64,000 bases of DNA from Candidatus Chazhemtobacterium aquaticus (GTDB taxonomy: Bacteria > Patescibacteriota > Microgenomatia > UBA1400 > Chazhemtobacteraceae), in contig NZ_CP047901.1 in the NCBI RefSeq assembly GCF_009936135.1, positions 408,984 through 472,983 of the forward strand, given 5' to 3'. Below are positions 58,157-64,000 of this stretch, piece after piece (position 1 is the stretch's first letter; every line of letters starts with the position of its first letter). Under the pieces are notes generated by a model that did no database searches, was not told where the DNA came from, and worked only from the letters and a program-made list of their open reading frames with translations. The position numbers and the translations under genes were made by a program.

Positions 58157-61100
58157 TCAAAAAGCTCGCTCTCTCCATTCTTACCATACTCTCAATTCTT
58201 TTCATTGCTTCTCCAGTTCAGGCCGAGTCTAGTCTCTCCTTCACCTTTCCAGTCAGAGTTCCAGCTACCAAACAGCTCGAGTATTTAGGTCTTCCTCAAC
58301 GCATCAACCAACTGGCCACTCCATCAGCAACTCCTGTCACCTGGTTGCTTAACTACGATACCTTAACCTCCGCCACTGCCTCTGCCTACTTCACTGATTT
58401 AAATTTATCCCCAGAGCAAGAGCTTGGAGTTTTGCTTGAAATTACTCCCGTCTTTCTTGAGAATGTCGGGTTACCTCGAGCCATCAATCCATCCACTGCT
58501 CACTTGATCAACAGCTATCACCCCGAGGTTCGCTATCAGATCATTGACCAGTATTTTTCTCTCTTCAAACAGCTTTTCGGTCACAACCCTAGAGTCGTTG
58601 CCGCTCCATATCTTGACGCTCTTTCATTAAGTTACCTAGCTGATCACTATGGCGTTAAGGCGGCTCTGCTTAATCTTCCCTCATCAGGAAACCTTACCCT
58701 TGATCACTACTTCCCCTATCCTTACTTCCCCTCAAAACACAACACTCTCGTTCCCTCCCCTGATCGAGATCAAGCCATTAATATCATGGTTTCTTTCTGG
58801 CAGGGTCTTCCCAGTAACTCTGATTTTGTTTCACTACTTAGTAATCCTCGCCATCAATCCTCCCTCATTTCCTTTGGCCTTGAGGAAAGTTTAACCGCTG
58901 ACCAACAGCTTGAGGTTTTACCAGATCTTTTCACTTCCCTATCTTCGCTTGACTCTCTCACCACTGTTGGTGATTTCGCTGACCACTTTATTACATACAA
59001 TCCCTTAACCACTCCCACATACCTTTCCTCAGGTAATCAGTTCACTATCTACGCCAGTCCCCACTATTTCCTCACCCTTGATCGCCAAAAGAGTCAGCTC
59101 ACCTCGCTGGTTTTCTACAATCATCACGAAACTGAAGCCTTTCTTTTTGATCGCAACCCCAACGCTTTTCTTAATCTAAATACCTACCCGCTTGTCACTC
59201 CAGATCAACCCATCTCTCTCTCCACTCCTCTTCTTGATTACACCCTTACCCAAGACTCTTCCTTTTCCTACACTCTTTCTTTTACCGATTACTTCATTAA
59301 CTTAAAGCCAAAAAGTTTCACTACCAACTTAAACCTTAATCTTCCCTCTCATCCTCAGGTTAACCTTATTACCTCAGGGGCCAATCAAACTTTCTCGGCT
59401 ACTTCCTGGCGTCCATATTACACTCCCTTATTCACCTCGATCTTAAATATCACCAAACTTATTGCCTTGTTTTTATTCCTCGCTTACTTGTTTAAATACC
59501 CACCCAAGCGTTTATTCAAACTCATCTCCCGCCATTTCACCACCTTTATCATTCTCCTCTTTGGCACCTTTATCTGGTCACTTACTATATCAAGAAGCGG
59601 CTCTCTCACTCCATACGGCTTAAGCTTCTGGGGTCCTCACAGCCACGATGCTCTCTTCCATCTCTCCCTAATCGAGTCCTTCAAACAATCTCTCTATCCT
59701 CTCATCAATCCCAATCTTATAGACACTACCATTCACAACTACCACCTCCTTTATGACTATCTTCTAGCCCTCCTCTCCCTCCTGCTTAACATCCCATCTC
59801 TTGATCTCTACTTCCGCCTCATTCCTCCCTTGCTTGCCTTCTTCATTGGTCTTACCAGTTTTACTTTGTTGCGTCGCTGGCGCTACTCTCCCTCCCAAGC
59901 CCGTCTCTCTCTAGTCTTCGTCTACCTCACCGGTTCATTGGGTTTCATACCCCACTTCTTCCAGAAAGGTACTCTTTGGGGTGGAGAATCCATCTTCTGG
60001 ATGCAGCAAAACATCTCCACCTTGATCAACCCTCCCTTCGCTCTGTCCTTACTTCTCCTCCTGGTTTTCCTAAATCTCTACCACTCCTGGCATGATTCGC
60101 TCTCATTAAAACGCCTCCTCATCCTCTCTCTGATCGGTGCTCTGCTCATCCAGGCCAAGGCTTACGCTTCTGTGCTACTAATCTTTGCCCTCTTTGCCCA
60201 TCTATCTCTCTCTGTCGTTACCACCAGACGCATTAGCTTCTCCAAGTTGTTACTCCCCGCCTTCCTGCTTGTCTTCTCTGTTCTTCTCTTTCTGCCCACC
60301 TATGCCTCCAGCGGCTCTCTTTTCCAGTTTGCTCCTCTCTGGTTCATCCGCTCCCTAGTCTCAGCTCAGGATCGCCTCAACCTAGAGTCTTTTGCCAGCG
60401 CCTGGCAGGTCTACCAAGCTACCGATCAATATCCAAAACTTCTCCTAGTTCACATCACCCTTACTCTTGTCTATCTCCTCGGTAACTTGGGTATCCGTGT
60501 TCTAGCTCTACCCGCTTGGTGGCAGTCCTTTTTTAAGTCTGCCTCACAGCCTCTAGTTGCCTGGATCATTCTAGCTGGTCTGGCTGTACCCTTTGTCTTC
60601 ATCCAGTCCGGCAACTCCTGGAACTCAATCCAGTTCTCCTACTACTCCCTCTTCTTCTTAAGTTTGCTCTTAGGCCCCCCTGTTGCCTCCTTTCTTTCTC
60701 GCTCCCACACCTTACCCAAGTTTTTAAGTCTACTTCTTCTTATTACCTTTCTGACTCTGCCTACCACCATCGGTACGCTTAAAGAGTATGCTTCGCTTAA
60801 GCCCTCCACCTCGATCACCCATCAGGAGTTAAGGGTTTTAGATTACCTCTCTCGTCAGCCTCATTCTAGAGTCATCACCCCGGTTCACTCTCGCACTCGC
60901 CGTCATCCATACTCTACTCCCATACCGGTTCATGCCTCCGACAGCACCGCCTACGTTCCTGCCCTCACTGGCCACCAGGCTCTTTTTGCTGATGAGGTCA
61001 ATCTGGAGATTATGGATTACTCATATCAAAAAATCCGTCAAAACAATCTCCGTTTCTACAACACCACCGACTATATCTTCCCCACCGACTTTGTTAGACA

Positions 61101-61224
61101 AAACCAGATAGAATATATCTACCAGACGTCACAGGATCATATGAATACAAAAGACCTCTCTACCCACTTTGACACTATCTTTACCTCTGGTAATTACTCA
61201 CTTTTAACCCCCAAAATTAAATGA
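58153..61224 (+). CDS. Large fusion: extracellular deacetylase/GH-barrel-like domain plus GT-C-like membrane domain
   Basis: PVTWLLNYD..ELGVLLEITP..FKQLFGHNP; then HD..FHLSLI..YH..YD and many TM helices. Confidence 0.65.
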   Translation: MIKKLALSILTILSILFIASPVQAESSLSFTFPVRVPATKQLEYLGLPQRINQLATPSATPVTWLLNYDTLTSATASAYFTDLNLSPEQELGVLLEITPVFLENVGLPRAINPSTAHLINSYHPEVRYQIIDQYFSLFKQLFGHNPRVVAAPYLDALSLSYLADHYGVKAALLNLPSSGNLTLDHYFPYPYFPSKHNTLVPSPDRDQAINIMVSFWQGLPSNSDFVSLLSNPRHQSSLISFGLEESLTADQQLEVLPDLFTSLSSLDSLTTVGDFADHFITYNPLTTPTYLSSGNQFTIYASPHYFLTLDRQKSQLTSLVFYNHHETEAFLFDRNPNAFLNLNTYPLVTPDQPISLSTPLLDYTLTQDSSFSYTLSFTDYFINLKPKSFTTNLNLNLPSHPQVNLITSGANQTFSATSWRPYYTPLFTSILNITKLIALFLFLAYLFKYPPKRLFKLISRHFTTFIILLFGTFIWSLTISRSGSLTPYGLSFWGPHSHDALFHLSLIESFKQSLYPLINPNLIDTTIHNYHLLYDYLLALLSLLLNIPSLDLYFRLIPPLLAFFIGLTSFTLLRRWRYSPSQARLSLVFVYLTGSLGFIPHFFQKGTLWGGESIFWMQQNISTLINPPFALSLLLLLVFLNLYHSWHDSLSLKRLLILSLIGALLIQAKAYASVLLIFALFAHLSLSVVTTRRISFSKLLLPAFLLVFSVLLFLPTYASSGSLFQFAPLWFIRSLVSAQDRLNLESFASAWQVYQATDQYPKLLLVHITLTLVYLLGNLGIRVLALPAWWQSFFKSASQPLVAWIILAGLAVPFVFIQSGNSWNSIQFSYYSLFFLSLLLGPPVASFLSRSHTLPKFLSLLLLITFLTLPTTIGTLKEYASLKPSTSITHQELRVLDYLSRQPHSRVITPVHSRTRRHPYSTPIPVHASDSTAYVPALTGHQALFADEVNLEIMDYSYQKIRQNNLRFYNTTDYIFPTDFVRQNQIEYIYQTSQDHMNTKDLSTHFDTIFTSGNYSLLTPKIK

Positions 61225-62135
61225 AAATCTCTGCCGTAGTCAACACCCTCAACGAAGAATCAAACATTGCCGATTGTCTAGAGTCTCTAAACTGGGTCGA
61301 TGAAATCGTCGTTGTTGATATGGAATCAGACGACAAGACCAAGGACATTGCCTATCGCTACACCAAACATGTTTACAACCACAAACGAGTCGGTTACGTC
61401 GAGCCAGCCCGCAACTTTGCCTTAAGCAAGACTACTGGTGACTGGATTCTGGTTCTTGATGCTGATGAGCGAGTACCCCATCCATTAGCAGCCAAGCTAA
61501 TCGAGATTGCCGAAGCCAACCAGACCAACTTTGTCCGCATTCCCCGTCAGAACATCATTTTTAACAAATGGATCGAACACTCCCGCTGGTGGCCTGACCA
61601 CAATATCCGCTTCTTTAAGCGAAACCGGGTCGAGTGGCAAAACGAGATTCACTCCATTCCCGTCACCCACGGTGAGGGCCTTACTTTAGATCCCAAGAAA
61701 GAATTAAGTATCACCCACTTCCACTACACCAGCATTGATCAATATCTAACTCGTCTTCACCGCTACACCGATATCCAGTCCAAAGCCTTGATCGAACAAG
61801 GCTACAAACTAGACTGGCCCGATCTGGTTACCAAGCCCATCGCTGAGTTTCTCTCCCGTTTCTTCGCTGGCCAAGGTTACCTGGATGGTCTTCACGGGCT
61901 GGCTCTTGCCACTCTTCAGGCGTTCTCCGAGTTCATCGTTTACCTTAAGGTCTGGCAAGTTCAGGGTTTCAAGACCCACGCCGGCCAGCAGTTCATGGAT
62001 CAATTTGAGTCCCTAACCAACGCTAAGCGCAAAGAGTTTTCCTTCTGGATGATCACCACTCACCTGGAGCGTACTCAAGGCTGGTTCAAGCGCCTTCTCC
62101 TAAAAATCAGGCGCAAATTACTTTTTGTTAACTAA
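61221..62135 (+). CDS. GT2 beta-glycosyltransferase (WaaE/KdtX-like)
   Basis: NEE.NI.DCLES, VVD..S.D.T, LDADE and WPD...RFF. Confidence 0.9.
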   Translation: MKISAVVNTLNEESNIADCLESLNWVDEIVVVDMESDDKTKDIAYRYTKHVYNHKRVGYVEPARNFALSKTTGDWILVLDADERVPHPLAAKLIEIAEANQTNFVRIPRQNIIFNKWIEHSRWWPDHNIRFFKRNRVEWQNEIHSIPVTHGEGLTLDPKKELSITHFHYTSIDQYLTRLHRYTDIQSKALIEQGYKLDWPDLVTKPIAEFLSRFFAGQGYLDGLHGLALATLQAFSEFIVYLKVWQVQGFKTHAGQQFMDQFESLTNAKRKEFSFWMITTHLERTQGWFKRLLLKIRRKLLFVN

Positions 62136-62136
62136 T

Positions 62137-63054
62137 ATGCGTCTTGCTGTCGTCATCCTCAACTACAACACCCCAGGTGACACCATCGCCTGTCTTAAAA
62201 CCTTAAAACAAGCCAAGATTCCTAAAGGCTTATATGTCGAGACCACTCTAGTCGACAATGCCTCCACCGACGACTCGGTTGACCTGATCAAATCAAAATT
62301 CCCCGAGGTTCGCTTAATCGAAAACATCACCAATCAAGGTTTTGCTGGTGGCAACAATGTTGGCATCAAAGCCGCCCTGGAAGAAAATCCCACCCATATT
62401 CTTCTTCTTAATCCCGACACCCTGATTGACCAGAATTTCTTTGTCAGCATCCTCAACTCAGCCATTACCAATCCCAAGGTGGGTATTGTTACTCCCCTTA
62501 TATACTTCGCCAAAGGTTACGAGTTTCACCAAAAATATGCCAAGAACGAGTTAGGCAGGGTTGTCTGGTCGGCTGGTGGCCGGATCGATTGGGCTAATGT
62601 CTATGGCACCAATGCTCATGTCGACGAGGTTGACCAAGGACAGTTCGAAAAAATCGAGGATACCGACTTTGCCACTGGTGCCTGCATGCTTATCCGCCGC
62701 CAGGTCATCGATCAAATCGGACTGCTCAACCAAAACTACTTCCTCTATCTTGAAGACTTAGAGTTTTCTCAACGAGCCAAGCGGGCCGGTTGGCGTATTG
62801 TTTTTGACCCCAGTATCAAGCTCTGGCACAAGGTTTCTCAGTCCTCTGGTATTGGTTCATCCTTAAATGATTACTTCATTACTAGAAACCGTCTCCTCTT
62901 CGGTCTTCGCTATGCCCCGCTTCGCACCAAGCTGGCTTTACTAAGAGAGGCTATCCGTTTCCTTATCTTTGGCCGTCCGGCTCAAAAAACCGCCGTTGCT
63001 GATTTCTTTACCTTTAAATTAGGCAGGGGTAGCTTCCTTGGCCGTCAAACATAA
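62137..63054 (+). CDS. GT2 (WbbL/rhamnosyltransferase-like)
   Basis: ILNYN, VDNASTD, NQGFAGGNN, LLNPD, GACMLI and FLYLED. Confidence 0.9.
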   Translation: MRLAVVILNYNTPGDTIACLKTLKQAKIPKGLYVETTLVDNASTDDSVDLIKSKFPEVRLIENITNQGFAGGNNVGIKAALEENPTHILLLNPDTLIDQNFFVSILNSAITNPKVGIVTPLIYFAKGYEFHQKYAKNELGRVVWSAGGRIDWANVYGTNAHVDEVDQGQFEKIEDTDFATGACMLIRRQVIDQIGLLNQNYFLYLEDLEFSQRAKRAGWRIVFDPSIKLWHKVSQSSGIGSSLNDYFITRNRLLFGLRYAPLRTKLALLREAIRFLIFGRPAQKTAVADFFTFKLGRGSFLGRQT

Positions 63055-63068
63055 CTTACAATCAATCT

Positions 63069-63872
63069 ATGCCCACACTATCAGTCATCATCATCACCGG
63101 TAGCAAAGCCCACGAGATTCTGCCTACCTTAAAGATTGCCAAGAAATTTGCCGACGAGATTATCCTGGTTGATACTGGGGCTACTGACAACACCGTCAAA
63201 CTAGCCAAGCCTTACTACACCAAGCTAGTCAAGACCTCTGGTACTGACTTTTCCGCCTGGCGCAACCTAGGTGCCAAGTATGCCCATGGTGACTGGCTTT
63301 TATATCTTGATACCGATGAACGAGTTCCCAAAGCACTAGCTGGTGAGATCCTAGCCACCATCAAAGAGCCGATCCATGATGCCTACACCATTCCCCGTCA
63401 CGAAATTTTATTAGGCAAACATCTTAAGCACTGGCCCCATCCCCGAGTTTTGCGGCTAATCAAAAAAGCCTCTCTTAAACGTTGGCGTGGCAAACTCCAC
63501 GAACAACCCGAGCTTATCGGTACCGTCGGTGACTTAAAAAATTTCATGCTGCACCTAACCCACAAAAATCTTGATGAAAACATTAACAAGACCCTAGAGT
63601 GGTCTCGTCTTGAGGCTCAGATGTTATATAGCTCCAACCATCCTCCCATGAAAGGCTGGCGTTTCTGGCGCATTCTCTTAACCGAGTTCTACCAACGCTT
63701 TTTCAAACAAGGTTTGCGCAAAGACGGAGTCGAGGGTAACCTAGAAGTTCTCTATCAGATGTTTTCCCGATTTATAACCTACGCCCGACTCTGGGAGTTA
63801 CAGCGTCAACCCTCGTTAGAGAAAAGCTACAAAAATATTGATCAAAAAATACTCGATGAATGGAGGCAATAG
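63069..63872 (+). CDS. GT2 glycosyltransferase
   Basis: DEIILVD..TD.T, RN.G, LDTDE and GKLHE. Confidence 0.88.
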   Translation: MPTLSVIIITGSKAHEILPTLKIAKKFADEIILVDTGATDNTVKLAKPYYTKLVKTSGTDFSAWRNLGAKYAHGDWLLYLDTDERVPKALAGEILATIKEPIHDAYTIPRHEILLGKHLKHWPHPRVLRLIKKASLKRWRGKLHEQPELIGTVGDLKNFMLHLTHKNLDENINKTLEWSRLEAQMLYSSNHPPMKGWRFWRILLTEFYQRFFKQGLRKDGVEGNLEVLYQMFSRFITYARLWELQRQPSLEKSYKNIDQKILDEWRQ

Positions 63873-63881
63873 CTGATATAT

Positions 63882-64000
63882 ATGCTAGATTCTCAACCCA
63901 AAACCGCCGTCATCTTTGATCCCTACCTTGATACCCTAGGTGGGGGAGAGCGTTACACTCTCACTGTTGCCCAGACATTACTAAACCAAGGCTATCAAGT
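63882..64000 (+). CDS. GT4 glycosyltransferase, 3'-partial
   Basis: MLDSQPKTAVIFDPYLDTLGGGERY runs off the window end. Confidence 0.75.
   Translation, partial: MLDSQPKTAVIFDPYLDTLGGGERYTLTVAQTLLNQGYQ

Overview
A Patescibacteria (CPR) chromosome segment, most likely Microgenomates; this rests on 16S signatures, a shortened TsaB and the gene content, not on a database search. The window opens with tsaE-tsaB-galE and a single rRNA locus whose 2.1-kb spacer holds a terminator, tRNA-Ile, an RRM protein, a small orphan ORF, an inverted metallo-beta-lactamase-fold gene, a candidate small RNA and tRNA-Ala. The 23S gene carries a group I intron at E. coli-equivalent position 2593 encoding an I-CreI/I-MsoI-like LAGLIDADG endonuclease. 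The most notable region is a cell-surface locus at 11.6-24 kb. It has a small secreted two-repeat protein and a large membrane-anchored protein sharing the same beta-type repeat (candidate new filament), a divergent sortase, and a ~2230-aa adhesin that looks like a polyprotein with an internal signal peptide. A [VI]LG motif recurs before membrane anchors and no LPxTG was found. Housekeeping and stress genes follow (trmD, sod, cytochrome b5, TspO, RluB-like, NrnA, DsbB), then a 5.5-kb patchwork of truncated foreign gene fragments flanked in part by a duplicated gene end, and a large GT2/GT-C glycosylation cluster. Many genes look leaderless, while several orphan mini-genes have strong Shine-Dalgarno sites. 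All family assignments come from motif recognition by eye.
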